Notes under the pieces: model-generated
Seen by the model: only the letters and a program-made list of their open reading frames with translations
Told to the model about the DNA's origin: nothing
Databases searched by the model: none
Shown here: positions 1-9,803 of the stretch, piece after piece
Numbering within the stretch: the first letter of the stretch is position 1
Layout: each line of letters begins with the position of its first letter
Made by a program: the position numbers and the translations under genes
Source of the DNA: an uncultured Chloroflexia bacterium
Lineage (GTDB): Bacteria; Chloroflexota; Limnocylindria; Limnocylindrales; CSP1-4
DNA length: 64,000 nt
Reading direction: 5' to 3'
NCBI GenBank assembly: GCA_963712745.1
Contig: CAVQJC010000001.1
Location: forward strand, 320,001 to 384,000

Positions 1-42
1 GACACGCGCACCGGAGTGGTGGACGAGTCGGAGGTGATCAGA

Positions 43-117
<75 letters not shown>

Positions 118-159
118 GCGCTGGGCGTTTGTAGGCTCTCACAGAAGACGCCGGTTGAA

Positions 160-244
160 TGGTGGGCAAGGAGGGAATCGAACCCCCACAGTCGAAGACG
201 GCTGATCTACAGTCAGCGGAGCTCACCACCTGCTCAACTTACCC
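160..244 (-). tRNA. tRNA-Tyr(GTA)
   Basis: Anticodon arm GCTGA-CTGTAGA-TCAGC, long variable arm, GGTTCGATTCC, CCA. Confidence 0.95.
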
Positions 245-313
245 ATGATTACCGTGCACCCCTTCGGGACCAGCGCCCCTGCGGTGAAGGGGGGACACAG
301 CGTCTTCTGTTGT

Positions 314-389
314 TGGAGCCGACGACGGGACTCGAACCCGGAACCGGTGGTTTACAAAACCACTGCTCTACCAATTGAGCTACGTCGGC
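314..389 (-). tRNA. tRNA-Thr(TGT)
   Basis: Anticodon arm GTGGT-TTTGTAA-ACCAC, GGTTCGAGTCC, CCA. Confidence 0.96.
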
Positions 390-400
390 GGCGACGCCGA

Positions 401-430
401 ATGGTAGCGCACGAACCGCGAACCTCGCAA
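401..430 (-). promoter_or_regulatory. Probable sigma70 promoter of the tRNA cluster (TTGCGA-N18-TACCAT)
   Basis: Motif match immediately upstream of tRNA-Thr(TGT). Confidence 0.5.
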
Positions 431-486
431 GCGCCTGCCCTTCTCGTGCTCCGTGCGGCGCTCGCTATCCGGCCGCGGGCGTCGGC

Positions 487-1953
487 TCAGGCCCGTTCGT
501 CCGGGACGGGCGCCGCTGGAGCTTCCGGCAGCAGCTCGTCTTCGAAGGTGCTCTGGGCTTCGACGACAGCCGCCGGGGTGCCCTGCCCATCCGCGCTCGG
601 TGGAGCGTCGGCCACGGTCGCCGCGTCGTCCACTTCGCTGGCCGATGCGTCTTCCGGCCAGGGACTGGCTGCGGGGGGGTCGCGCTGGGCGGCGGCCTCG
701 AAGAGGAAGATGGAGCCGGCAACCGAGGCATTGAGGGAGGCCACCTGGCCGCGCATGGGGATGCGGGCCATGAGATCGACCCGCTTGCGCACGCGTGCGT
801 TCAGGCCCCGGCCCTCGGAGCCGGTGACGATGACGACGGGCCCGCGCAGGTCGGCCTCGCGCACCGTGAGCGAAGCGTCGCCGTCGGCACCGATGACTCG
901 GACACCGCGCGTGTGCAGGTCGACGAGGCCCTCGGCCAGATCGGGCATGGGCACCAGCAGCAGGTGCTCGACGGCACCGGCCGAGGTCTTGATGGCGGCC
1001 GGGCTGATTGGCGCCGCGCCGCGGGTCGGGAAGATGACACCGTGGACACCGCAGGCCTCGGCCGAGCGCAGGAGGGTGCCCACGTTCTGAGGGTCCTCGA
1101 GGTGATCGAGGGCAAGCAGGAACGGCGGCTCACCCCGGGACTTGGCCAGCGCCAGGACGTCGTCGAGCGTGGCCCAGCGCCGGGGAGCCACCACCAGCGC
1201 GACGCCCTGGTGCCCGTCGAAACCGCTGACCGCGGTGAGGGTGCCGCCTTCGACCTCCACCACCGGGATGCGGAGCGTGGTGGCGTGGAGCACCAGGCGA
1301 TCGAGCGCTGCACGACGCTCCGGCACGACCAGCAGTCGCTTGGCCTCGCGACGCGCGCTGAACGCCTCCTCGACGGGACGGCGTCCGGCCACGATCTCCT
1401 CGTCCTCGCCGAGCATCTCGGCAGGTGCCGGACCGGCCGGCGGACGCGGGGGTGCGAAGCGGTCGCGCTGCTCCCAGCCGGGTCGGGGACGCCCGCGCCC
1501 TCGATCTCGATCCCATGGGCCACGCTCCGGACGGGGACCACGCGGCCTGGGCCGCTGTCCGTATTCGACGTGTCGCTCGTGCTGCCCTGGGCGGTCGTCA
1601 CGTGGGCGGTCGTCACGTGGGCGGTCGTCACGTGGGCGGTCAGCGTAGGGACGCGCATCCTGCGGCCGCCCGCCTCCGCGGTTGGCATAGGGCTTGTTGC
1701 CGGCGTAGGGCCGGCCAGCGCCGCTCTTCCCGGCGTAGGGGCGCTTGCCGGGTGGTCGCTCGCCGTAGGACCGACCGCCTCCTCGAGGCGGGCCACCAGG
1801 TTTGCCCCGGCCGGGGCCGCCGGCTGGTGCACGGCCGGCGTAGGGCTGGTCACCACCGCCATGCTGGTCCGAGCGCTGTTCCGGGGTGCCCTCGCCCGGC
1901 GGGCCCGGTTCGGGATGGGAGCCCGCGGGTTCGTCGTGTCGGTCATCAGCCAT
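487..1953 (-). CDS. rlmB: 23S rRNA Gm2251 methyltransferase (TrmH/SpoU family) with long low-complexity N-terminal extension
   Basis: HQGVAL, DHLEDPQNVGTLLRSA, GSEGRG, IPMRGQVASLNASVA motifs; follows cysS. Confidence 0.93.
   Translation of the reverse strand: MADDRHDEPAGSHPEPGPPGEGTPEQRSDQHGGGDQPYAGRAPAGGPGRGKPGGPPRGGGRSYGERPPGKRPYAGKSGAGRPYAGNKPYANRGGGRPQDARPYADRPRDDRPRDDRPRDDRPGQHERHVEYGQRPRPRGPRPERGPWDRDRGRGRPRPGWEQRDRFAPPRPPAGPAPAEMLGEDEEIVAGRRPVEEAFSARREAKRLLVVPERRAALDRLVLHATTLRIPVVEVEGGTLTAVSGFDGHQGVALVVAPRRWATLDDVLALAKSRGEPPFLLALDHLEDPQNVGTLLRSAEACGVHGVIFPTRGAAPISPAAIKTSAGAVEHLLLVPMPDLAEGLVDLHTRGVRVIGADGDASLTVREADLRGPVVIVTGSEGRGLNARVRKRVDLMARIPMRGQVASLNASVAGSIFLFEAAAQRDPPAASPWPEDASASEVDDAATVADAPPSADGQGTPAAVVEAQSTFEDELLPEAPAAPVPDERA
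1588..1641. repeat. 15-bp tandem repeat (TGGGCGGTCGTCACG x3.6) encoding DDRPR in the RlmB N-terminus
   Basis: Read directly from the sequence. Confidence 0.9.
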
Positions 1954-1955
1954 GC

Positions 1956-3350
1956 TCAGGTCCTTCGCCAGCGCTGGCCATCGGGCGTGTCTTCGACCAC
2001 GATCCCGACAGCCGCGAGGGCATCGCGGAGTTCATCGCTGCGGGCCCAGTCCCGGTCGGACCGGGCCTGCGTGCGCGCCTCCAGCATGGCAGCCACGTCG
2101 GCATCGAGCTCGCCACCATCCCGTTCGAGCACACCGAGCACCGTATCGAACTCGCGGATGGCCGCGGCGCCGCGCTCAGCATCAGCCGTCGACAGCGAAC
2201 GGGCGGCGACCCGGCTGTTGAGTTCGCGCACGAGGTCGAAGGTGGCCCCCAGCGCCGCCGAGATGTTGAGGTCGTCCTCGAGTCCCGCAGCGAAAGCTGC
2301 CCGCGCGTTCGCCAGCACCGCCGGCAGGCCCCCATCGTCGGGCCGTTCCTCGCGATAGGCCTCGAGTGCGGCCACGGCGGTCGTCAGCCGCTCCACGGCC
2401 GCGGCAGCCGCACTCAGCGAGCGCTGGCTGAACTCCAGCGGCGAGCGATAGTGCGTGGCCATGAGCGCGTAGCGCAGGGCCTGCGGGCCGATACCCGAGG
2501 CATAGACATCAGCCGGCCGGCTGATGTTTCCGTCCCGCTTGGCCATCTTGGCTCCGCCCATCTGCAGATGCGCACAGTGGAGCCAGGTGTGTACGAAGGG
2601 CTCCCCGCTGGAGGCCTCCGACTGGGCGATCTCGTCCTCGTGATGGGGGAATACGAGGTCGACGCCCCCGGTGTGGATGTCGAAGCTCGGGCCCAGGTAG
2701 CGCATGCTCATGGCCGAGCACTCGATATGCCAGCCGGGCCGCCCCGGCCCCAGGCGGGTGGGCCAGCTGGGCTCGCCGGGCTTGGCCGCCTTCCACAGCG
2801 CGAAGTCGCGCACGTCGTCCTTGTCGTACTCGTCGGCCTCGACCCGCTCGCCGCTGCGCTGCTGGTCCGGGTCGATCCTGGCCAGCTTGCCGTAGTCCGA
2901 CCAGGAGGCGATGCGGAAGAAGACCGAGCCGTCGTCGGTCTGGTAGGCATGGCCCTTCTCCATGAGCGACTCGATGAGCGCGACCATGTCATCGATGTGC
3001 TCGGTGGCTCGAGGCATGACGTCGGGCGCGGGGATGCCCAGGCGGGCCAGGTCCTCGAGGAAGGCGTCGGCGTGGCGAGCGGTGAACTCGGCGATGGGCA
3101 CACCGGCGGCACCCGCGTCGCGGATGATCTTGTCGTCGACGTCGGTGATGTTCATGACCCAGGTGACCTCGTAGCCCGCGAACAGCAGCGCGCGGCGGAC
3201 CAGGTCGGCGAAGACGAAGGATCGGTAGTTGCCCACGTGGGCGGGGGCGTAGACGGTCGGGCCGCAGCTGTACATGCGCACATGCCCAGCCTCCAGCGGC
3301 TCGAACGGCTCGAGCGCGCCGCCGAGCGTGTTGCGGAACTGCTGGCTCAT
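1956..3350 (-). CDS. cysS: Cysteine--tRNA ligase
   Basis: CGPTVY, HVGN, NITDVDDKII, DFALWK, GRPGWHIECSAM, KMAKR (KMSKS variant). Confidence 0.97.
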   Translation of the reverse strand: MSQQFRNTLGGALEPFEPLEAGHVRMYSCGPTVYAPAHVGNYRSFVFADLVRRALLFAGYEVTWVMNITDVDDKIIRDAGAAGVPIAEFTARHADAFLEDLARLGIPAPDVMPRATEHIDDMVALIESLMEKGHAYQTDDGSVFFRIASWSDYGKLARIDPDQQRSGERVEADEYDKDDVRDFALWKAAKPGEPSWPTRLGPGRPGWHIECSAMSMRYLGPSFDIHTGGVDLVFPHHEDEIAQSEASSGEPFVHTWLHCAHLQMGGAKMAKRDGNISRPADVYASGIGPQALRYALMATHYRSPLEFSQRSLSAAAAAVERLTTAVAALEAYREERPDDGGLPAVLANARAAFAAGLEDDLNISAALGATFDLVRELNSRVAARSLSTADAERGAAAIREFDTVLGVLERDGGELDADVAAMLEARTQARSDRDWARSDELRDALAAVGIVVEDTPDGQRWRRT

Positions 3351-4504
3351 CGGGATACCACGGCTGCGAGGCAGGACGCGCTGATGGCCCGTCCGGCACC
3401 TTCGTCGCCACTGAGGTTACCGGTAGCGGCCTTGACCGACACGCGAGAGGGCGGGACCGAGAGCATGGCGGCGATGGCGGCAGCCATGGCGTCGAGACGT
3501 TCGCCGCCGAAGCGAGGCCGAGCCCCGAGGATGGTGACGTCGGCGCTGATGACCTCCAGCCCGGCGGCCTCCACCCTGCGTACCACCTCCGCCACCAGTT
3601 CACGGCTGTCGATGCCACGGGTGCGGCGCTCGCCCGGCGGGAAGAGCCGGCCCAGGTCACCCGCACCCGCTGCCGCCAGCAGGGCATCGCACAGCGCATG
3701 CAGCACGGCATCGCCGTCGGAGTGGCCGTGCAGGCGCGGAGCGCCTTCGATGAGCAGGCCGCCCAGACGCAGGCCGTCGCCGGGGCCAAAGGGGTGGCTG
3801 TCGCTACCGTGTGCCACGCGCATGCCGGTGCCCTCCCCTGCCAGTCGCCGCGCGAGGGCCAGGTCCTCGGGCAGCGTCACCTTGATGTTGTCGGCATCGC
3901 CGGGCACGATGGCCACTGACACCCCGTGGCGGGCCAGCAGGTCGGCCTCATCGGGGATGTCATCGTCGCCGTTGGCGTGAGCCTCGGCCGCCGCCAGCAG
4001 CAACTCCCGTCGGGCGCCCTGCGGCGTTTGTGCGCGGTAGAGCCCGGTCCGCTGGGCAGAAGCGGTGATGTGTGCACCTTCCACCTGCTTGAGCGCATCA
4101 ACCACCGGCAGGGCCGGGATGGCCGCGCCATGTTCCTGCACCCCGGCTACGACGCGGGAGACCAGCGCCGGCGAGACGAAGGGCCGGGCCGCGTCGTGGA
4201 CGAGCACGATGTCGGCCCCGGCCGCCCTCACGCCGCAGGCGGTCGAATCCTGGCGCCGCGGGCCCCCGGGCACGACCCGTGCGCCCAGCTCGACGAGCCA
4301 GGGCAGGTCGCGCAGCTGGTCCACGCGATCCTCGGCGGTGACCACGATGACCTGGCCGATCTCCGGCGCCGCCGCCAGGGCCTCCACCGTCCAGCGCAGG
4401 ATGGGACGGCCGGCGATAGCCAGCTCCAACTTGTCTCCGCCACCCATGCGGCGGCTGCTGCCCGCGGCGACCACGACCGCGTCAGCCACACCCTCTGAGA
4501 TCAC
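3347..4504 (-). CDS. ispDF: Bifunctional IspD/IspF (MEP pathway)
   Basis: IspD motifs AAGSSRRMG, VLVHDAARP, QTPQ, NIKVT, then IspF motifs GSDSH, HSDGDAVLHALCDALL, VSVKA. Confidence 0.9.
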   Translation of the reverse strand: MISEGVADAVVVAAGSSRRMGGGDKLELAIAGRPILRWTVEALAAAPEIGQVIVVTAEDRVDQLRDLPWLVELGARVVPGGPRRQDSTACGVRAAGADIVLVHDAARPFVSPALVSRVVAGVQEHGAAIPALPVVDALKQVEGAHITASAQRTGLYRAQTPQGARRELLLAAAEAHANGDDDIPDEADLLARHGVSVAIVPGDADNIKVTLPEDLALARRLAGEGTGMRVAHGSDSHPFGPGDGLRLGGLLIEGAPRLHGHSDGDAVLHALCDALLAAAGAGDLGRLFPPGERRTRGIDSRELVAEVVRRVEAAGLEVISADVTILGARPRFGGERLDAMAAAIAAMLSVPPSRVSVKAATGNLSGDEGAGRAISASCLAAVVSR

Positions 4505-4572
4505 CGCGCAAGTGTGCCCTGCCCGGCCTGTCCTGTCGCGGCTGCCACGTGCGTCCCCGGCGGGTCGGGGCC

Positions 4573-5635
4573 TCAGGAACCGTTCGCCAGCTCGGCGAAG
4601 ATCGATGCGTCCCGCGACGGTCTGGAGGATGCGCGTGACGGTCACGTCGAGCTCACCTTCGATGTGGGCACTGCCGCCTTCGACTACCACCATCGTGCCG
4701 TCGTCGAGGAAGGCCACGCCCTGCCCGGGCTCCTTGCCTTCCTGGATGACCTTCACGCGCAGCTCCTCGCCCGGCAGGAAGGCCGGCTTCAGCGCGTTGG
4801 CCAGCTGGTTGAGGTTCATGACGCGCACGCCCTGCAGCTGGGCGACGCGATTGAGGTTGTAGTCGGTGGTCAGGATGGCGGCGTTGCGCTTGAGGGCCAG
4901 CGCCACCAGCTTGGCGTCGACCGTGCTCGCGCCGGGGTCGTCCTCGGCGCTCATCTCCACCTCGATGCGGTGGTCCTTCTGCAGGACGGAGAGCACGTCC
5001 ATGCCCCGCCGGCCACGGTTGCGCCGACCCGGGTGCGAGTCGTCGGCGATGTGCTGGAGCTCACCCAGCACGAAGCGCGGGACGACGAGCAGTCCGCCCA
5101 GGAAGCCGGAGGCCACGACATCGACGATGCGGCCGTCGATGATGGCGCTGGTGTCCGCATAGGTCACCTGCTCGACGTGTTCGTCGGGGGACGCGTCGTC
5201 ACCGGCATGTCGCCCCAGGCCCAGCTCGACGAGTGAGTCACGCAGGTCCTGTCGCTTGGCCACGGTCAAGCCCATCATGCCCAAGGCCAGCACGATTGAA
5301 ACGCCGATGGGCATGAGCAGGCCGGCCGGTGCCGGCAGGCTCGTTAGGGGCAGACCCAGCAGGAAGCCCATCAAGAGGCCCAGGACCAGGCCCACCACGG
5401 CAGCCACGAACTCGTCGGTGGACATGTCGGTGACCGCCCGCATGAGCCAGTGCGCGGGGGTGATGGTGATGTAGGGCATGATGGCGAAGCCGACCGCGGC
5501 CCAAGCCAGGATCCATGCGAGCAGCAGCAAGCTGCCCCCGGTGGACCCGTCGGACAGGGTCTCCGAGAACCCGGCGAGGGCGATCGCGAGGATGACCCCA
5601 AGGGCACCCCCGAGCAGGCGGACGAACCTCAACAT
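4573..5635 (-). CDS. Membrane PIN/TRAM domain protein (YacL family); 1-bp insertion near the 3' end
   Basis: N-terminal TM helices, DTSAIIDGRI, TTDYNLNRVA, GKEPGQGVAFLDDGTMVVVE; removing one C near 4604 restores the GRMIFA ending and a stop at 4573-4575. Confidence 0.88.
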
Positions 5636-5675
5636 GGACTATGAACGCTACCAGAAGGGGCGTACTCCTGACCTC

Positions 5676-7121
5676 CTACCCAGAGGTACCAGTAGACCGG
5701 CCGAAGGCGGCATCGAGCGCCCCGCGCAGGCTGCCCACGCGGACCAGCTCCAGATCGCCCGGCAGCGGCGCTCCCGATGACGACGACCCACCCTGAACAG
5801 TCGGGATGAGCGCCCGGCGGAAACCCAGTCGCGCGGCTTCGCGCAGGCGCCGGTCAAGCCCGCGCACTGGCCGGACCTCGCCCAGCAGCGAGACCTCCCC
5901 GCAGGCGAGCGTATCGGCCGACAGAGCCTGGTCGCGCTGCGATCCAGCGATGGCCAGAGCCAGCGGCAGGTCGAGCGCGGGCTCACTCACCGTGAGCCCT
6001 CCCGCCAGGCTGGCGTAGACATCTCGGCCGCTTACGTCGACGCCGCCACGGCGGGCGAGCACGGCGATGAGCAGAGCCAGGCGATTGGTGTCGAGTCCGG
6101 CCACGGTGCGGCGGGGCGGCCCCATGCCGCCGGCCGGCGCGACCAGCGCCTGGACCTCAACCAGCAGCGGTCGGCTGCCTTCGAGGATGGCTGCGACGGC
6201 TACCCCCGGAGCTTCGCGCTGGCCACTGCCGAGGAAGGCAGCGGCCGTGTCCCGGACCTCGTGCAGGCCATGCGCGTCCATCTCCATGACGCCCACCTCC
6301 TCGGTCGAGCCGTGGCGGTTCTTGAGGGCGCGCAAGAGGCGTAGCGAGCCATAGCGATCGCCTTCGAGCATGAGCACCGCATCGACGAGGTGCTCGAGCG
6401 TGCGTGGGCCGGCGAGCGTGCCGTCCTTGGTGACGTGGCCAACGAGCAACACCGGTACACCCGCCTCCCGAGCGTACGCGCCCAGGGCGCTGGCGGCTTC
6501 GCGCACCTGGCCCACCGACCCCGGTGGGCCGTCGAGCCCGTCGACCTCCACGGTCTGGATGGAGTCGACCACGAGCAAGGCCGGGGCCGAGGCTGAGGCA
6601 GCGGCGATGATATCGGCCACGTCGGTGCCGGCGAGCACGTGGAGGGCGCCGTCCGCGGGGCCACCGGTCAATCCCAGGCGCGCCGCCCGCAGGTGCAGTT
6701 GCGAGGTCGACTCCTCGGCACTGGCGTAGACCACGGTCGAGGCCTCGGGGCCCGCCGCCACGCTGGCCGCCAGGGCTCCGGCCACCTGCAGCACCAGCGT
6801 GGACTTGCCGATGCCGGGCTCGCCGCCAAGAAGCAGCAGCGACCCCGGCACGAGCCCACCGCCGAGCAATCGGTCCACCTCCGTGATGCCGGTTGGGCGA
6901 CGCGCCGATCCGGACGTGACGAGCGTCCCCAGCGGCCGGGCTTCGATGGCCCCCCTCCGGGCCTGGCCGGGGCGGACCCCGGCACGGCGCTCAGCCGGTT
7001 TGACCAGTGTCTCGACCAGCGAGTTCCAGGCGCTGCAGGCACGGCACTGTCCCTCCCACTTGGGAAAGGTCGCGGCACATGACTGGCACACGTACTCGCT
7101 GGCGGCCCGGGAGCGCGCCAC
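5676..7121 (-). CDS. radA: DNA repair protein RadA/Sms
   Basis: C4 zinc finger, GEPGIGKST, KNRHG (KNRFG variant), Lon-like C-terminus. Confidence 0.96.
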   Translation of the reverse strand: MARSRAASEYVCQSCAATFPKWEGQCRACSAWNSLVETLVKPAERRAGVRPGQARRGAIEARPLGTLVTSGSARRPTGITEVDRLLGGGLVPGSLLLLGGEPGIGKSTLVLQVAGALAASVAAGPEASTVVYASAEESTSQLHLRAARLGLTGGPADGALHVLAGTDVADIIAAASASAPALLVVDSIQTVEVDGLDGPPGSVGQVREAASALGAYAREAGVPVLLVGHVTKDGTLAGPRTLEHLVDAVLMLEGDRYGSLRLLRALKNRHGSTEEVGVMEMDAHGLHEVRDTAAAFLGSGQREAPGVAVAAILEGSRPLLVEVQALVAPAGGMGPPRRTVAGLDTNRLALLIAVLARRGGVDVSGRDVYASLAGGLTVSEPALDLPLALAIAGSQRDQALSADTLACGEVSLLGEVRPVRGLDRRLREAARLGFRRALIPTVQGGSSSSGAPLPGDLELVRVGSLRGALDAAFGRSTGTSG

Positions 7122-7124
7122 GGC

Positions 7125-9611
7125 CTAGACGGCCTCGACGGGGGTCTTCTCCGTGACGGTCTCGATGGAGAGCCCGGAGTCGTCCGAGCGGTCGACGAGG
7201 ACCGTGTCGCCGGCCTTGAAGCTGCCCACCAGCAGTGCCTCCGCGAGCGGATCCTCGATCATGTTCTGGATGACGCGACGCAGCGGCCGGGCGCCGTAGT
7301 CGACGTCGTAGCCGAGCTTGATGACGTGGTCCTTGGCGGCCTGGGTGACCTCGAGGTCGATCTGCTGGGCCTGGAGCTGGTTGCGCACGCGTGCCAGCAG
7401 CAGGTCCACGATCTGGCGGATCTCGTCGACGGACAGCGAGCGGAACACGACCTGAGAGTCGATGCGGTTGAGGAATTCGGGGCGGAAGCTCGATTTGAGC
7501 TGCTCGAGCACCTTGGTCTTCATGCGCTCGTACACCGCTTCGCGCTCCTCGTCCTCATCGGGCGAGACCGGCCGGAAGCCCAGCGAGGTGTCCTTGAGCA
7601 GTTCCTTGGCGCCGACGTTGCTGGTCATGATGATGACGGTGTTGCGGAAGTCCACGCGGCGACCCTTGGAGTCGGATAGGTGCCCGTCCTCCAGGATCTG
7701 GAGCAGCATGTTGAAGACCTCGGGATGGGCCTTCTCGATCTCGTCGAGCAGCACCACCGAGTACGACTTGCGGCGCACGGCCTCGGTCAGCTGTCCGCCC
7801 TCTTCGAAACCGACGTAGCCTGGCGGCGCGCCGACCAGGCGGCTGACGTTGTGACGCTCCATGAACTCGCTCATGTCGATCTTGATGAGTGAGTCCTCGC
7901 TGCCGAACATGAACTCGGCCAGCGTCTTGGCCAGCTCTGTCTTGCCCACGCCGGTGGGGCCGAGGAAGATGAAGGAGCCGATGGGACGCTTGGGATCCTT
8001 AAGACCGGCACGAGCCCGGCGCACCGCCTTGGACACGGTGTCGATGGCCTCGTTCTGGCCGATGACGCGCTTGTGCAGCGCCTCCTCCATCTGGAGCAGG
8101 CGTTCGGACTCCTCCTGGGCGATGCGCGTGACGGGGATGCCGGTCCACAGCGCGACGACCTGGGCGATGTCCTCGTCCGTGACGTCCGGGGTCTCGGCAG
8201 CCAGCGCTTCCTGCCAATCGCTGCGCAACTGGTCGGCCTTGGCCTTGGCAGCCGACTCGACATCGCGCAGCTCCTGCGCGCGCTCGTAGTCCTGGTCGTT
8301 GACCGCCTCTTCCTTCTCCTTGGCGATCGCCTCCAGCTCCTTCTGGCTGGCCTTGAGCTCCGGCGGGGCCGAGCTGTGGCGGAGACGGACGCGGCTGGCG
8401 GCCTCGTCGATAAGGTCGATGGCCTTGTCCGGCAGGTGGCGGTCGGTGATGTAGCGGATGGACAGGTCGGCCGCGGCACGGCAGGCGTCGTCGGTGATCT
8501 TGACGCGGTGATGCTGCTCGAAGCCCTCGCGGATGCCGAACAGGATGTCGATCGTCTGCTCCGGCGTGGGCTCCTCGATCATCACCGGCTGGAAGCGTCG
8601 CTCGAGGGCAGCGTCCTTTTCGATGTACTTGCGGAACTCGTCGAGGGTCGTGGCCCCGATGCACTGCAGCTCGCCTCGCGACAGCGGCGGCTTGAGGATA
8701 TTGGCGGCGTCGATCGCGCCCTCTGCCGCACCGGCGCCCACGAGCGTGTGCAACTCGTCGATGAAGAGGATGGCGTCGTTGGTGCTGCGCAGCTCCTCGA
8801 TGATCTTCTTGAGGCGCTCCTCGAACTCACCGCGGTACTTCGTGCCGGCCACCAGCGAGCCGATGTCGAGGGTGAGCACGCGCTTGTTGGCGAGCGACTC
8901 GGGGATGTCGCCGGCCACGATGCGATGGGCCAGGCCCTCCGCGATGGCCGTCTTGCCCACGCCCGGCTCGCCGATGAGGGCAGGGTTGTTCTTGCGCCGG
9001 CGCGAGAGGATCTGGACGACCCGCTCGATCTCCTTCTCGCGGCCCACGACAGGATCGAGCTTGCCGTTCCGGGCGGCCTCGGTGAGGTTGATGCCCAGCT
9101 GGTCGACGGTCGGCGTCTTGCTGCTCGTGCCGCGCTTGGACTCACTGCTGCTACTGGGTCCCGAGGCGCTCGACTGGCTGAGCACGCGGATGACCTCGTG
9201 GCGGACCTTGTCAAGGTTGACACCCAGGGACTCGAGCACACCGGCGGCGATGCCCTCACCCTCGCGCACGAGCCCGAGCAGGAGGTGCTCGGTACCGATG
9301 TAGTTGTGACCCAGGCGGCGGGCCTCGTCGATGGCCAGCTCGATGACGCGCTTGGCGCGTGGGGTGAGGCCGACTTCGCCCACGACCGGACGATCGCCGC
9401 GGCCGATGATGAACTCGACGGCGGTACGCACCTTGGGCAGCTCGACGTTCATGTTCTCGAGCACGCGGGCAGCCACGCCCTCCCCCTCCCGGACGAGGCC
9501 CAGGAGCAGGTGCTCGGTACCGATGTAGTTGTGGTTGAAGCGCTGCGCCTCGTCCTGCGCGAGCGTGAGGACCTTGCGAGCGCGGTCGGTGAACTTGTCG
9601 AACCGATCCAT
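7125..9611 (-). CDS. clpC: ATP-dependent Clp protease ATP-binding subunit ClpC
   Basis: Two Clp_N repeats, GEPGVGKT and GPTGVGKT Walker A motifs, UVR-like M domain, GARPLRR. Confidence 0.97.
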   Translation of the reverse strand: MDRFDKFTDRARKVLTLAQDEAQRFNHNYIGTEHLLLGLVREGEGVAARVLENMNVELPKVRTAVEFIIGRGDRPVVGEVGLTPRAKRVIELAIDEARRLGHNYIGTEHLLLGLVREGEGIAAGVLESLGVNLDKVRHEVIRVLSQSSASGPSSSSESKRGTSSKTPTVDQLGINLTEAARNGKLDPVVGREKEIERVVQILSRRRKNNPALIGEPGVGKTAIAEGLAHRIVAGDIPESLANKRVLTLDIGSLVAGTKYRGEFEERLKKIIEELRSTNDAILFIDELHTLVGAGAAEGAIDAANILKPPLSRGELQCIGATTLDEFRKYIEKDAALERRFQPVMIEEPTPEQTIDILFGIREGFEQHHRVKITDDACRAAADLSIRYITDRHLPDKAIDLIDEAASRVRLRHSSAPPELKASQKELEAIAKEKEEAVNDQDYERAQELRDVESAAKAKADQLRSDWQEALAAETPDVTDEDIAQVVALWTGIPVTRIAQEESERLLQMEEALHKRVIGQNEAIDTVSKAVRRARAGLKDPKRPIGSFIFLGPTGVGKTELAKTLAEFMFGSEDSLIKIDMSEFMERHNVSRLVGAPPGYVGFEEGGQLTEAVRRKSYSVVLLDEIEKAHPEVFNMLLQILEDGHLSDSKGRRVDFRNTVIIMTSNVGAKELLKDTSLGFRPVSPDEDEEREAVYERMKTKVLEQLKSSFRPEFLNRIDSQVVFRSLSVDEIRQIVDLLLARVRNQLQAQQIDLEVTQAAKDHVIKLGYDVDYGARPLRRVIQNMIEDPLAEALLVGSFKAGDTVLVDRSDDSGLSIETVTEKTPVEAV

Positions 9612-9803
9612 CTGGCTTTGCGACGACTCCTAACAGGCGGCCCCTTGACGGCCGTCGGGCCATGCTACCACCGCTCTCGCCGCTACCGACCGGGAAAGAG
9701 CCCCCGGCCCGCGCTCGTCGTCACGGGTTCGTCATGCGCGACGACACCGCGGCGAGCCAGCGGAGCACTGGCAGGCGCGGTGTCGAAGGCTTGCTCCTGC
9801 GGT

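Noticed and set aside
3347-5635. Apparent PIN/TRAM-IspD-IspF triple fusion (762-aa ORF)
   Set aside because: One extra C near 4604 converts the conserved YacL ending GRMIFA into GRIDLRR. Removing it gives a stop at 4573-4575, and ispDF has its own GTG at 4504.
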